Assembly: GCA_046861385.1 (NCBI GenBank)
Contig: JBHHTW010000010.1
Location: 1 to 60,854 of the forward strand
Direction of reading: 5' to 3'
DNA length: 60,854 bases
Origin: Fidelibacterota bacterium
Lineage (GTDB): Bacteria; Fidelibacterota; Marinisomatia; Marinisomatales; TCS55
The translations under genes were made by a program, and so were the position numbers. The notes below the pieces were generated by a model. That model was not told the DNA's origin. It saw nothing but the letters and a program-made list of their open reading frames with translations, and searched no databases. Position 1 is the stretch's first letter; each line of letters begins with the position of its first letter. Shown piece by piece: positions 19,537 to 30,445 of this stretch.

Positions 19537-21843
19537 ATGAATCAGGATAAAAAATTTACCGTTATCGGCAAACGCATTCCCAAAATCGACGCCAGAGACC
19601 GGGTCACAGGTAAATCGGTTTTTGGATATGATCTAGAATTACCGGGGATGCTCCACGGGGCTATTTTACATTCAAAATATCCTTCAGCAATTATTAAGTC
19701 CATCGATACTTCAAAAGCGAAGAAACTCGCTGGTGTTGAATGTATCATCACAGCAGACGATGTTGACACCAATAATCTCAACTATCTCCAGGATCATCCT
19801 GTTTTAAAAAATGAGGAAGTGAATTGTATTCGTGACGAAGTCGCTGCCGTGGCGGCTGTATCAAAAGAAATCGCCATGAAAGCACTGGAATTAATCGAAG
19901 TGACCTACGTTGAACGGAAAGGTGTTTTTGATCCTTTCGATGCGCTGAAAGATGATGCTCCTAAAATCAATAAATTCGGAAAGGGAAATACACGTCATCA
20001 AAATATTTCTGAATCATTTCATTATGAACACGGAGATTTAGAAAAAGAAAAGAAAAGAAGTACCTGTATTATCACCCGGCAATATGTTCTTCCAAAAGTG
20101 TCCCCCACATGCTTGTCTCCCAGTAGTATTACTGCAAGTTATTCTGTTGAAAACGATATCCTGACACTTCACAGTTCCACCCAGGTGCCCTTTTTATATC
20201 AAAGGGAAATATCTCACGTGCTTAAAATGGATCCGTCCAAAATCCGGGTGATTCAACCCATTATTGGTGGCGGATTTGGAACAAAACTGGATATCCATCC
20301 TTTTGAACCGATTTGCGCTCTTTTATCGATGAAAACCGGTAAACCGGTTCAAGTTTTATTTAGCAGAGAGGAAGAATTTCACCATTCTGCCATCCGGCAA
20401 TCCATGGTCATTGACTTAACAACCGGCGCAGACAAAAACGGACGATTTACTTTCAGGGAAGTAAAAGTGACCAAAGATAACGGAGCCTATACTTCCTGGG
20501 GAGCCAAAACTTCCTTTGTGATTATGCAGACATTTTCATCGTTATATCAGGTGCCCGCCTGCGTATACCATGCCGATGCCGTTTATACCAATAATGTTTT
20601 TGCCGGGTCAATCAGAGGGTTTGGTAATCCACAAGCGACCTTTGCCCTGGAAAGGAATATTGACTTAATGGCCGAAGAATTGGGAATGGACCGGACTGAA
20701 ATTCGATTAATAAACGCGAATTTTCCTGGAGAAATTTCTGGACAGGGTCTTGAATATCACTCTTGTGGTCACAAACCTGCCCTGGAAACAGTTATTAAAC
20801 AAAGCGGTTATTTGAATATACATCAGCAAAATGATTCAGGCAGATATAAAAGAGGGATTGGTTTTGCTTCCATGCTGCATGTGGGGGGTGGCGCCAAGAT
20901 TTACCGGTCTGACGGTTGTGGAACGACACTCAAACTAGACCCATATGGCTACCTGACCATTATTACAGGATCAAGTGAAATCGGACAAGGTTCGGAAACA
21001 GTATTGGCCATGATAGCAGCAGAAGAGTTGGGAATAGAATTAAATAAGATAAAAGTCATCAATACAGATACAAATGTGAAACCCTGGGATGTGGGTGTTC
21101 ATGCATCCAGAACCAGCTTTGTGGCCGGGAATTCAATATTGGGAGCCTTGAAAAAATTAAAAGAGAAACTGTTGAAAAAAGCGTCTCAGCTCCTAAATAC
21201 AACAAGCGATGATTTGGTATTTGAATCGGGCGAGATTAAATCGATAAAAACAAGTGATTCATTAAAGATTGATAAAATTGTTAGAGAGCTGCATTTTAAA
21301 CCTCCTCATGAATTATGTGAGGTTTCATATTTTTACGAACCGTCCAGTCAATTTCAAGATAAGAATTTCAAGGGTAATGTATCCGGCTGTTATGCGTTTG
21401 CTGCTCAGGCGGTGGAAGTTGAAGTGGATACATTAACCGGAAAAGTAGAAGTATTGCATGTACATGTGGGTCAGGATGTTGGGAAAGTCCTAAACCCCTT
21501 GGGGCTTGAAGGTCAGATAGAAGGTGGTGTTGTCATGGGGATGGGTTACGCTTTGACTGAAGAAATGATTTATAAAAACGGATATTTGCAAAATACTACT
21601 TTTCACGATTATAAGGTTCCGACTCCGCGAGACATCCCGGAGATTCATTTTTATCCGATTGAGACACATGAGAAAACGGGCCCCTATGGCGCGAAAGGCA
21701 TGGCAGAGGCTCCTCTGGTTCCGACTCCTGCGGCTATTGCAAATGCTGTATCTAATGTGTTGGGCGTTGAACTTAATTCACTCCCAATCACTCCAGAAAA
21801 AGTACTGAAAGCCATTTACGAAAAACAGTCTGGAAATAATTAA
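19537..21843 (+). CDS. Xanthine-dehydrogenase-family molybdopterin subunit (candidate indoleacetate 2-hydroxylase)
   Basis: STQ, IGGGFG, GSIRGFGNPQ, EIGQGSET, HASRT, QIEGG, GAKGMAE motifs. Confidence 0.88.
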   Translation: MNQDKKFTVIGKRIPKIDARDRVTGKSVFGYDLELPGMLHGAILHSKYPSAIIKSIDTSKAKKLAGVECIITADDVDTNNLNYLQDHPVLKNEEVNCIRDEVAAVAAVSKEIAMKALELIEVTYVERKGVFDPFDALKDDAPKINKFGKGNTRHQNISESFHYEHGDLEKEKKRSTCIITRQYVLPKVSPTCLSPSSITASYSVENDILTLHSSTQVPFLYQREISHVLKMDPSKIRVIQPIIGGGFGTKLDIHPFEPICALLSMKTGKPVQVLFSREEEFHHSAIRQSMVIDLTTGADKNGRFTFREVKVTKDNGAYTSWGAKTSFVIMQTFSSLYQVPACVYHADAVYTNNVFAGSIRGFGNPQATFALERNIDLMAEELGMDRTEIRLINANFPGEISGQGLEYHSCGHKPALETVIKQSGYLNIHQQNDSGRYKRGIGFASMLHVGGGAKIYRSDGCGTTLKLDPYGYLTIITGSSEIGQGSETVLAMIAAEELGIELNKIKVINTDTNVKPWDVGVHASRTSFVAGNSILGALKKLKEKLLKKASQLLNTTSDDLVFESGEIKSIKTSDSLKIDKIVRELHFKPPHELCEVSYFYEPSSQFQDKNFKGNVSGCYAFAAQAVEVEVDTLTGKVEVLHVHVGQDVGKVLNPLGLEGQIEGGVVMGMGYALTEEMIYKNGYLQNTTFHDYKVPTPRDIPEIHFYPIETHEKTGPYGAKGMAEAPLVPTPAAIANAVSNVLGVELNSLPITPEKVLKAIYEKQSGNN

Positions 21844-21846
21844 ACA

Positions 21847-22710
21847 ATGAATTTTCAAACGATTAGCCCACAAACCACTGATGAACTTTTAGAAATGATC
21901 AGACAGAATCAGGGAAAACATTTCAGGTTCGGTGCCGGATACACGGATTTGTTACCAGAACTACAATCAGAGATGGAAGATGGTTTAACCGTTATCAATC
22001 TTGCAAAATTAAAAGATGATTATTTTATATCAATCAATCTTTCGGAAGATGGAATCAGAATTGGCGCACTGACAACAATGTCCGACGTATTATCCAGTAA
22101 ACACCTCCAAAAATTCCCTGTCTTAATTGAAGCGGTTGAAAGTCTGGCATCTACCCAGATCAGGTCTGTAGCCACCGTTGGGGGGAATTTATGTACTGCT
22201 TCCCCGGCCGGAGATGTCTCTTGCGCTTTGATGGCTCTAAACACATCATGTGAAATATTGGACACAGATGGACAAATTAGAACCGTGCCGCTTACTCAAT
22301 TTTTTACCGGTGTGAAAACAACCACATTGAAAACGAATGAAATACTACGAGGCGTTTTAATTCCTCGTCAAGATTCTGGAAATAAAATTATTTCCGGATT
22401 TATCAAAATTGGAAACCGTAACTCTATGGAGATAGCGCTGGTTTCCCTAGCATATCATATAATGGTAGATAGAAATGGCGTTATTACAAAAGCTGGAGCA
22501 GCTGTGGGTTCTGTTGCAGAAACAATCAAATATACAGAATTGGCCTGTGAATTTTTATTGGGGAAAAAAATGGATCGATTGTCTGAAAAGGATAAACAAA
22601 CATTTGCTGATCATGTTTTGGAATATACAAATCCCATTTCTGATATCCGTGCATCTGCATGGTATCGTCGCAAGGTTCTATGGAATGTAACCAAAAGTAT
22701 TCTGGAATAA
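21847..22710 (+). CDS. Xanthine-dehydrogenase-family FAD subunit
   Basis: AGYTDL, QIRSVATVGGNLCTASPAGD, PISDIRASAWYR. Confidence 0.88.
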   Translation: MNFQTISPQTTDELLEMIRQNQGKHFRFGAGYTDLLPELQSEMEDGLTVINLAKLKDDYFISINLSEDGIRIGALTTMSDVLSSKHLQKFPVLIEAVESLASTQIRSVATVGGNLCTASPAGDVSCALMALNTSCEILDTDGQIRTVPLTQFFTGVKTTTLKTNEILRGVLIPRQDSGNKIISGFIKIGNRNSMEIALVSLAYHIMVDRNGVITKAGAAVGSVAETIKYTELACEFLLGKKMDRLSEKDKQTFADHVLEYTNPISDIRASAWYRRKVLWNVTKSILE

Positions 22711-22725
22711 ATATTATGGAAAAAT

Positions 22726-22767
22726 AACAATAAAAAAGGGAGAAAAAATTCTCCCTTTTTTATTGTT
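22726..22767. terminator. Bidirectional intrinsic terminator
   Basis: aacaataaaaaagggagaa-aaaa-ttctcccttttttattgtt, 19-bp perfect stem with A/T tails, between convergent genes. Confidence 0.9.
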
Positions 22768-22783
22768 TTGGTGTGATTGATTG

Positions 22784-24145
22784 TTATACTGTGGGCAATC
22801 CTTCCAGCGCTTTCAGGTTTTCGGTGACTTCTTCATCCGTCATGGCGTGGTCTTCGAGATTACCAGCAAGGAAATTGGAATAGGCGGACATGTCAAAGTA
22901 TCCATGACCTGATAGGTTAAACAGGATGACTTTTTCTTCTCCGGCTTCCCGAGCTTCGATTGCATGTTTCACAGCTCCATGAACTGCATGGCTGGATTCC
23001 GGTGCAGGAACAATTCCTTCGGTTTTTGCAAAGGTAATTGCCGATTCGAAACAATCGACTTGACCATACGCTTCTGCTTCAATTAACCCATCCTTTACCA
23101 ACTGGGATAAAAGGGGAGAATCGCCATGATATCTCAGCCCACCAGCGTGAATGGGTGGAGGTACAAATCCGTGTCCCAGTGTATACATAGGCGACAATGG
23201 TGTTAACTGTGCAGTATCGCCAAAATCATACCGGAATTCACCCTTGGTCAGGGTCGGACACGATGCCGGTTCAGTTGCAACAAAACGCGTATCTTTTCCA
23301 TTGATTTTGTCTCTCAAGAATGGGAATGCTAATCCGGCATAATTGGATCCGCCGCCGCAGCAACCAATAATAATATCGGGATATTCGCCGGCAATTTCCA
23401 TTTGTTTCATTGCTTCCTGTCCCACAACCGTTTGATGGAGGAGAACGTGGTTTAACACAGAACCGAGAGCATACCGGGTATCATCTCTCGTGGCTGCATC
23501 TTCAACTGCTTCGGATATTGCAATACCGAGACTACCTGGAGTGTCCGGCATTTTTTCTAGAATGGCTCTTCCGGCATTGGTGTCTGGTGAAGGACTGGCT
23601 ACGATCTGTGCTCCGTATGTTTCCATCAGTGCTTTACGGTACGGTTTCTGATCAAAACTGATCCGGACCATATATACTTTGACTTCCTGTCCAAACAGGT
23701 TCCCGGCAAAGGCCAGTGAACTTCCCCATTGTCCAGCACCCGTTTCAGTGGCAAGGCGCATAACGCCCTCTGCTTTATTAAAATATGCTTGAGCTACAGC
23801 GGAATTCGGCTTATGACTTCCGGTCGGACTGACACCTTCATATTTATAATATATTTTGGCAGGTGTATTTAATGCTTTTTCCAACCCGGTTGCGCGAATC
23901 AAAGGAGACGGTCTCCAAATTCTCAATGCCTCCAAGACCGGTTCCGGTATATCAACAAATCGATCCTGACACACTTCTTGAAGAATTAACCCCATAGGAA
24001 ATAAGGGGGCCAAATCATCAGGTCCGATGGGTTGACCGGTTCCTGGATGAAGAATCGGAGGTGGTTGGTTCGGCATGTCTGCTACAATATTATACCATTG
24101 TTTCGGTATATCTTGTTCAGATAATACAATTTTCTTTTGATTCAT
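22784..24145 (-). CDS. trpB2: Tryptophan synthase beta chain, type 2 (stand-alone TrpB2)
   Basis: [22 protein letters not shown] (PLP Lys), [34 protein letters not shown]; start at 24145 has AAAGGAAG RBS; no trpA nearby. Confidence 0.92.
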   Translation of the reverse strand: MNQKKIVLSEQDIPKQWYNIVADMPNQPPPILHPGTGQPIGPDDLAPLFPMGLILQEVCQDRFVDIPEPVLEALRIWRPSPLIRATGLEKALNTPAKIYYKYEGVSPTGSHKPNSAVAQAYFNKAEGVMRLATETGAGQWGSSLAFAGNLFGQEVKVYMVRISFDQKPYRKALMETYGAQIVASPSPDTNAGRAILEKMPDTPGSLGIAISEAVEDAATRDDTRYALGSVLNHVLLHQTVVGQEAMKQMEIAGEYPDIIIGCCGGGSNYAGLAFPFLRDKINGKDTRFVATEPASCPTLTKGEFRYDFGDTAQLTPLSPMYTLGHGFVPPPIHAGGLRYHGDSPLLSQLVKDGLIEAEAYGQVDCFESAITFAKTEGIVPAPESSHAVHGAVKHAIEAREAGEEKVILFNLSGHGYFDMSAYSNFLAGNLEDHAMTDEEVTENLKALEGLPTV

Positions 24146-24389
24146 GTGACTTCCTTTCAGAGTAGTGGGAGGAGGATTACTATTAAAAAACCGGCGAGCC
24201 GATTTAAGAGTACGAGATATGAAATTGCCATTCATATTAAAAGAATATCCCGACATGAGGATACAATAATCAAGTATTTTTTTATTTAATGTGTTTTAGT
24301 AAAATGCCGTTGCGTTCCAGTCGTTATTACTTAAATAATACATGGTGCAGACAATCCACTAATTATAATCAAAAGAAAGACTAATCTAA

Positions 24390-25409
24390 ATGTTGAAGAA
24401 TAATATCAATACTGTTCGTCTAATGTCTAATGAGAATCCATTTGGTCCTTCGCCGAAAGCTCTAGAGGCAATTAATAAATACAGTAAAGACATTCATTGC
24501 TATCCAGGATGGTATCCTAAAAAATTAAAAGCAAAACTTGCATCAAAATACCAAGTATCTCCGGAAAATATTGCTGTCTCTGCAGGGTCCTATGAACTCA
24601 TAAATCTTATTACCCGGTTTTTAGTTGCGGGTGATGAGGAGATCCTTACCTTTGATAATACATTTATGGCTTATAGTTACAGTGCAAAGCGTAATGGAAG
24701 AAAATGTGTTATCGCAAATATGTCCGGCTTTGACTGCGATTTGAATGATCTCGTTCCCCTTTGCGGAAAGAAAACAAGGGTCATATTTATTGCCAATCCA
24801 AATAATCCGACAGGAACCATTGTTACTGCTAGTTCACTAAAAAAACTATTAAAAACGATATCCACTGATATTTTGGTTGTTGTAGATGAAGCCTATTTTG
24901 AGTATGTCTCTGATGAATCGTATCCAGACACTGTTTCACTCCAAAAAGAATTCCCAAACTTAATAACCCTCCGTACCTTTTCAAAAATATATGGATTAGC
25001 CGGAATCCGAATCGGATATGGAATAGCCAATGAGAAACTGGTTAAAATACTCGAAGGCAACCGACTTTTGCGCTCTATAAACTATTTAGCTGAAAAAGCA
25101 GCTGAAGCAGCAATAGATGATTTCGATTTTATAAACCAATCAGCAAAATATAATGAACTAGAACGTACTAATTTACAGAAAGAATTAACACAGCTTGGAT
25201 TTAATGTAATACCCTCACATGCAAATTTTTTATACCTGCCTTTTGAGAATAATGATAAAAAGAATAATGTATATGCACAATTAGCCGATCACGGGTTAAA
25301 GGTTTGTGATTTAGCAATTTTTGGACATGAAAAAGCTTTGCGAATCACTGTTGGAAAAAATGATGCCAATATTCGCATCATTAATTGTCTCGCTCAGATA
25401 AAAGAATAA
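24390..25409 (+). CDS. HisC-like class II PLP aminotransferase (candidate aromatic amino acid aminotransferase)
   Basis: SNENPFGPSP, NPNNPTG, DEAY, RTFSKIYGLAGIRIGY, LRITVG; a second paralog sits in the his operon. Confidence 0.85.
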   Translation: MLKNNINTVRLMSNENPFGPSPKALEAINKYSKDIHCYPGWYPKKLKAKLASKYQVSPENIAVSAGSYELINLITRFLVAGDEEILTFDNTFMAYSYSAKRNGRKCVIANMSGFDCDLNDLVPLCGKKTRVIFIANPNNPTGTIVTASSLKKLLKTISTDILVVVDEAYFEYVSDESYPDTVSLQKEFPNLITLRTFSKIYGLAGIRIGYGIANEKLVKILEGNRLLRSINYLAEKAAEAAIDDFDFINQSAKYNELERTNLQKELTQLGFNVIPSHANFLYLPFENNDKKNNVYAQLADHGLKVCDLAIFGHEKALRITVGKNDANIRIINCLAQIKE

Positions 25410-25757
25410 ATACAATCATTTAATAACTTTAGATATTTTGAAATAAGTATTTTTCATTTCCCCTTTTGCGGGCAAGTTATTTTATGTTTAATCATGAAAA
25501 ATACTAATTAATTTATTTTATCCAACTTGGGGAGTAAAATTCGCCCTGAAAACAAAGACTTGATCCCGTGATTTTTTCTAAAGCGGTAGTTTCCTTTAAT
25601 TCTTTCCTGCCCACCGGAACTGAAATCAGGGCAGTTACAGGTTAAGAAAAGTACTGTAGATAACTACTATCTATTTCTACACAACTTTTTGAAGATTGCA
25701 TTATACCCTTACACTAATTGTATTAAGATAGGTTTTGGAGAAATTTGTAAAATCCTT

Positions 25758-25807
25758 GCAAACTATATAGTTTGCTTGAATATAGTTCACATGTGAACTA
25801 TATTCAA
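25758..25807. promoter_or_regulatory. Tandem perfect palindromes (18 bp + 32 bp): candidate MarR operator overlapping a sigma70 promoter
   Basis: gcaaactatatagtttgc (25758-25775) and ttgaatatagttcacatgtgaactatattcaa (25776-25807); the latter contains TTGAAT-N17-TATATT. Confidence 0.75.
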
Positions 25808-25859
25808 TTATCGATAGTTATGATTATTAATTCTTTTACCCAAAAATTGTATTAAAGAG

Positions 25860-26315
25860 ATGAATATGAGTTATGATAACCCAGCGGGAACCATGGAAAA
25901 AACGACTGGATTTCTAATGTTTAGAACGGCAAGGGGAATGAAAAAATTGCTGGATACCCGATTGAGCGAATTCAACATCACCTCCTCCCAGGCAACGGTG
26001 TTAAATACCCTAAGTTATCAGGACGGCCAATCTCTGTCGGATATTGGGAAAAGTATTCACCTTGATAAACCGGCCATCACCGGTTTGGCTGACAGAATGG
26101 AAAAAGATGGATTGGTTGAACGGCGGCGAACATCTTCAGATCGAAGAATCATTCAGCTCTTTTTTACAGAAAAAGGAAAAAAACTCTTTCATCAGATCGA
26201 AAAGGTTATTGTGGACGTCGATAATGAACTGGTGGAAGCACTTAGGGAAAAAGAAATCGAATCGCTGCATTCAATGCTGCAACGAATATGGAATAAATCA
26301 AACGGACAACCATAA
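25860..26315 (+). CDS. MarR family transcriptional regulator
   Basis: ITSSQATVL, LDKPAITGLADRMEKDGLVERR, DRR, TEKG winged-helix motifs. Confidence 0.92.
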   Translation: MNMSYDNPAGTMEKTTGFLMFRTARGMKKLLDTRLSEFNITSSQATVLNTLSYQDGQSLSDIGKSIHLDKPAITGLADRMEKDGLVERRRTSSDRRIIQLFFTEKGKKLFHQIEKVIVDVDNELVEALREKEIESLHSMLQRIWNKSNGQP

Positions 26316-26357
26316 CAAAGCGCCAATGCGCTGTATAAAATAAAAAGGGTCTTCACT

Positions 26358-27524
26358 ATGACTGTAAACGTAATGGAAGAATGGAAAGGGAAATCTCTCG
26401 ATGATATTCTTTGGCTTTGTCAGGAAACAATCGAAGATGCAGACGTAATGACCGTCAAGCGCTGGAGAGAAGCCGGTGGAAAAGTGGTGGGTCATTTCCA
26501 GGTATATTTTCCGGAAGAAATTGTTCATGCTGCCGGCATGCTGCCGATGAAAATGTTTGGCGCTTCGGTGGAAACAAAAAATTCAGACAGTCATTTTGGT
26601 TCTTATCTCTGCTCAATTATGAAAACCTGTCTAGAACAGGTTCTCTCCGGTCGGGTGGAACTGGATATGTTTGTCACCCACCCCATTTGTGACGCTGCCC
26701 GAAACCTGGCGCCCATCTGGGGAAGAAATTTTGATTATCCATGCCAGATTCTTTATCTACCTCAAAACCCCAATTCCGGTTATTCTGTTCAATATTTAAA
26801 AGAAGAATACGAGAGAATTAAAGGAGTCATCGAAGGAGTAGCCGGAAGAAAAATCACCAACGAAAATTTAGAAAATTCTATTTCTGTTTTTAATAAGAAC
26901 CGGGCATTACTAAGGAAATTATATCAAATCAAAATGGATCAACCCTGGTTGGTTTCTATCAATGAGGCCTATGTGCTAATGGCCATTGGGGGATTAATTC
27001 CCCGGGAAGAGCATAACGAAATTCTGGAAGAAGTTCTCCCGATGATTGAAAAAAGAAAAAATAGGAAACAGGATCGGATCCGGGTAGTATTTGAGGGCGG
27101 TTTTTGCGAACAGCCACCATTGGATATGTTGAGAACCATTGGCCGTTCCTGCTATGTGGTGGATGATGATTTATTAATCGGCCTCCGGTATTTGCTGGAA
27201 GATGTTGAACCGAACGGAGACCCCTTAAAGGCCATGGCAGAAGCCTATATCCATCATTCCACTTACAGTCCGGTGCAGCACGATCTCCGAAAACCAAAAG
27301 AAAGAATGTTGAGGGAACGGGTTCAAAATGCAAAGGCTGAAGCTGTCATCATTACCGCAGCAAAAATGTGTGAACCTGGGCTGGAAGAACAAGTGACTTA
27401 CACCCAGGAGTTTGATAAAAATAATACACCATACTTCGTTAGTGAATTTGAAGAAAATATGACCAGTTTTGATCATTTGGAAATACAATTAGAGACATTC
27501 GTTGAAAATTTAATATTTGATTGA
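26358..27524 (+). CDS. bcrC: Class I benzoyl-CoA reductase subunit C (BcrC/BadD-like)
   Basis: [43 protein letters not shown]; synteny with had/oah/dch. Confidence 0.85.
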   Translation: MTVNVMEEWKGKSLDDILWLCQETIEDADVMTVKRWREAGGKVVGHFQVYFPEEIVHAAGMLPMKMFGASVETKNSDSHFGSYLCSIMKTCLEQVLSGRVELDMFVTHPICDAARNLAPIWGRNFDYPCQILYLPQNPNSGYSVQYLKEEYERIKGVIEGVAGRKITNENLENSISVFNKNRALLRKLYQIKMDQPWLVSINEAYVLMAIGGLIPREEHNEILEEVLPMIEKRKNRKQDRIRVVFEGGFCEQPPLDMLRTIGRSCYVVDDDLLIGLRYLLEDVEPNGDPLKAMAEAYIHHSTYSPVQHDLRKPKERMLRERVQNAKAEAVIITAAKMCEPGLEEQVTYTQEFDKNNTPYFVSEFEENMTSFDHLEIQLETFVENLIFD

Positions 27525-27532
27525 GGTAGATA

Positions 27533-28831
27533 ATGAATAAGTTAAAATCAAAGAATATTGTTGGTAGAGGAACCCGTGAAGGAGCATCTTTATTTAGAGA
27601 TTGGTTCCAGGCCTTGACCAAAAAAGCAGAAAAAGGTGAAACCGCCGCCTATGTATTTGTCATGGGCAGCATTGCGGAAATACTCCGTGTATTTGACCTT
27701 CCTATGGTTTTTCCGGAAATCCATTCGCTACAAACTGCTGTGAGGCATGTGGCGGATGATTACCTGAATATAGCGGAAGATTATGGCTATTCTCCTGATA
27801 TCTGCGGGTATGTGAAAGCAGACTTTGCCATGCAGATGCAAAATGGTAAACACCCCATGGGGCAAATTCCAAAACCGGGGATTGCCGTGCTAACCAATGC
27901 CTGCAACACCTATTTGAAATGGGGAGAAATCTGGGAAAGAATTTATGATATTCCCATGTTCTCGATTGATGTCCCTGCCACACGGCAAGCCGGAACCAGA
28001 TCCTGGCCGGGCGATGAACAGTTTGAACGGGAAAGAAAATACGTCAAAGCACAACTACTGGAATTGATTGAACTGTGTGAAAAAGTAACGGGAAAGAAAT
28101 TTGATATTGACCGCCTGAGGGAAATCCTGGGCCATGTGAATACCATGAGCCGAGGCTGGGAAAGGGTGTTGGAATTAAATCAAAGCAGGCCTTCCCTTTT
28201 CAATGCGCTCACTGACGGAACCGTCTATCTGGGAATGTCCAATGTATTCAGAGGAACAGCGGAAGGGGCCCGATTCTTTGATCGACTGGTTGAAGAAATG
28301 GAATATATGTCTGCCAATGGAATCGGAACGCTCACAGATGAAAAATACCGGTTGAGTTTTATTGGTGTTCCCTGTTACCCGATTTTTCGACGGTTTAATG
28401 AAATGTTTACTGAATGGGGAGGCTCCTTTGTCATGTCCACTTATTTATGGTTTGCCGCCGGCGGATCCAATTTGGGGTTTCAATATGACTTAAATAATCC
28501 CATTGATTCCCTTTCCGAAGGGGTTCTCATCAGCGTACGGGATGCTATGGATTCCATGTTTCATCCTGAATTGACCGTTCTGAAAAAAGCCAATGAGTTT
28601 AATATTGACGGTGTCGTGTACCACCCCATCAAGAGCTGTCGTACCACCTCAGCCGGGATGGCAGACAATCGTCGCTCACTCATGGAAAACAGCGATCTGC
28701 CCAGCCTGTTCATTGAATCGGACATGATGGACTCACGGGTAGTCGGTGAAGCACAAATGAAAAATCGTATTGACGCCTTTTTTGAGGGATTGGCATCCCG
28801 AAAAACAAGGGCCGCAACGGTAGGAGTTTAA
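27533..28831 (+). CDS. bcrB: Class I benzoyl-CoA reductase subunit B (BcrB/BadE-like)
   Basis: [39 protein letters not shown] motifs. Confidence 0.85.
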   Translation: MNKLKSKNIVGRGTREGASLFRDWFQALTKKAEKGETAAYVFVMGSIAEILRVFDLPMVFPEIHSLQTAVRHVADDYLNIAEDYGYSPDICGYVKADFAMQMQNGKHPMGQIPKPGIAVLTNACNTYLKWGEIWERIYDIPMFSIDVPATRQAGTRSWPGDEQFERERKYVKAQLLELIELCEKVTGKKFDIDRLREILGHVNTMSRGWERVLELNQSRPSLFNALTDGTVYLGMSNVFRGTAEGARFFDRLVEEMEYMSANGIGTLTDEKYRLSFIGVPCYPIFRRFNEMFTEWGGSFVMSTYLWFAAGGSNLGFQYDLNNPIDSLSEGVLISVRDAMDSMFHPELTVLKKANEFNIDGVVYHPIKSCRTTSAGMADNRRSLMENSDLPSLFIESDMMDSRVVGEAQMKNRIDAFFEGLASRKTRAATVGV

Positions 28832-28832
28832 T

Positions 28833-29642
28833 ATGGCATTAGCAGCAGGAGTGGACGTGGGATCCACACAAACAAAATCGGTTATTATTAATGAAGATCT
28901 GAAAATTGTGGGCCGTTCCTTGATTGACACCGGCGCCAATGTCATCAAGGCAGCAGAAAAAGCCTATCTGGAGGCATTGACTGACAGCAATCGGCGGGAA
29001 GAAGAAGTCGCGTATGTCATCGGAACCGGTTACGGAAGGTATAAAGTGACTTTTGGAGACACCCAGGTAACGGAAATCAGCTGTCACGGGCGAGGGGCCG
29101 TTCACATGTTCCCCAGCACCCGGACCGTTTTGGATATGGGAGGACAGGATACGAAAGCCATTGCCGTTAGTGAAACGGGAGAAATTATTGATTTTTGCAT
29201 GAATGATAAGTGCGCTGCCGGAACCGGCCGCTTTCTCGGAGCAGCATCCATGGCCCTGGATATTCCCCTAAACGAATTGGGGCCCACTGCCCTCCGATCT
29301 CAAAAACCAGTGAAAATCAGTACCACCTGTACCGTTTTTGCTGAAACTGAAGTATTATCTTGGTTGGGAAAGGGGAAAAAAATAGAGGACATTCTCCTGG
29401 GAGTACACAAGTCCATTTCATCTCGGTCCATCTCTTTGCTAAGACGGGTTGGTCTGAATGAACATATCACCTTTACCGGAGGAGTTGCCAAAAATATTGG
29501 TATGGTAGAAGTTCTCAATGAGAATCTGGAGATGAAAATGAACGTCAGTGAGGAATCTCACTACATGGGTGCCCTCGGGGCGGCCTTGTTTGCCATGGAC
29601 CACATTCAGGAAAGCCGGTTGCCGGCAGGAGGCCAAGCATGA
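28833..29642 (+). CDS. bcrA: Benzoyl-CoA reductase ATP-binding activase subunit (BcrA/BzdQ-like, short form)
   Basis: [45 protein letters not shown]; symbol partly by synteny. Confidence 0.75.
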   Translation: MALAAGVDVGSTQTKSVIINEDLKIVGRSLIDTGANVIKAAEKAYLEALTDSNRREEEVAYVIGTGYGRYKVTFGDTQVTEISCHGRGAVHMFPSTRTVLDMGGQDTKAIAVSETGEIIDFCMNDKCAAGTGRFLGAASMALDIPLNELGPTALRSQKPVKISTTCTVFAETEVLSWLGKGKKIEDILLGVHKSISSRSISLLRRVGLNEHITFTGGVAKNIGMVEVLNENLEMKMNVSEESHYMGALGAALFAMDHIQESRLPAGGQA

Positions 29643-30445
29643 AAAATTATGTTATCGGAGTAGACGTGGGGTCTACCTACACAAAAGCCGTCATTCTGAC
29701 GCCCAACAAAGAGCTGGTGGGTAAAGCCATGGTTCCCACCGGATTTAAGCTGGATAAAGCATCTGAAAATGTCTACGATCAAATCCTAAAAGATTCCGGC
29801 GTATCGAAAGATGAAATCGGCTATGCCATTTCCACCGGATACGGTCGCCATATGGTTCCATACAGGGATATTACCGTGACCGACTTAACGGCCACTGCCC
29901 GGGGATCAAACTATTTGTTTCCCGGAACACGAACGGTACTGGATATTGGCGGGCAGACCATGAAAGCCAGCCGCCTGGACGAAAGAGTAAAAGTGAAGTC
30001 CTTTCGTCTGAACGATAAGTGCGCCGCCGGAACCGGGGCTTTTCTGGAAAAAACAGCCCGGTATATGGGGTTTGAAACAGAGGAAATCGGACCGCTCGTT
30101 CAGACATCCAAAGATGAAGTTCCCATCTCCGGTGTGTGTGCCGTCTTTGCCGAATCAGAAGTCATTAATCAGCTATCTTTAGGTTCAGCACCGGCGGATA
30201 TTATGCACGGCGCCATGTCTTCACTGGTCAAGCGTGCCATTCAATTATTAAAGCGGGTGAAAATGGAATCACAGATTACACTCACCGGTGGCATTATGCG
30301 TTTTAAAACCATGGTGGATGTTTTGACGGTAAATGTTCCTGTCAAAATCAACGTCCCTGACGGTGAAATGGTTCAATTTACCACAGCCCTCGGTGCCGCC
30401 ACGCTGGCCCTTCAGCGACTGGATAAAGTTAGGGCATCTGCATGA
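29639..30445 (+). CDS. bcrD: Benzoyl-CoA reductase second ATP-binding activase subunit (BcrD/BzdP-like)
   Basis: [34 protein letters not shown]; overlaps previous gene; symbol by synteny. Confidence 0.7.
   Translation: MKNYVIGVDVGSTYTKAVILTPNKELVGKAMVPTGFKLDKASENVYDQILKDSGVSKDEIGYAISTGYGRHMVPYRDITVTDLTATARGSNYLFPGTRTVLDIGGQTMKASRLDERVKVKSFRLNDKCAAGTGAFLEKTARYMGFETEEIGPLVQTSKDEVPISGVCAVFAESEVINQLSLGSAPADIMHGAMSSLVKRAIQLLKRVKMESQITLTGGIMRFKTMVDVLTVNVPVKINVPDGEMVQFTTALGAATLALQRLDKVRASA

Noticed and set aside
19055-22710. Aerobic CO dehydrogenase (CoxSLM)
   Set aside because: Active-site loop is GSIRGFG, not AYxCSFR or AYRGAGR; likewise GAMRGHG at 41736-44018.
24146-24256. 37-aa N-terminal extension of TrpB2 or a Trp leader peptide
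   Set aside because: A good RBS precedes the ATG at 24145 where homology begins; no short upstream ORF with Trp codons was found.
24390-25409. The biosynthetic hisC
   Set aside because: A hisC already lies in the his operon at 50856-51908.
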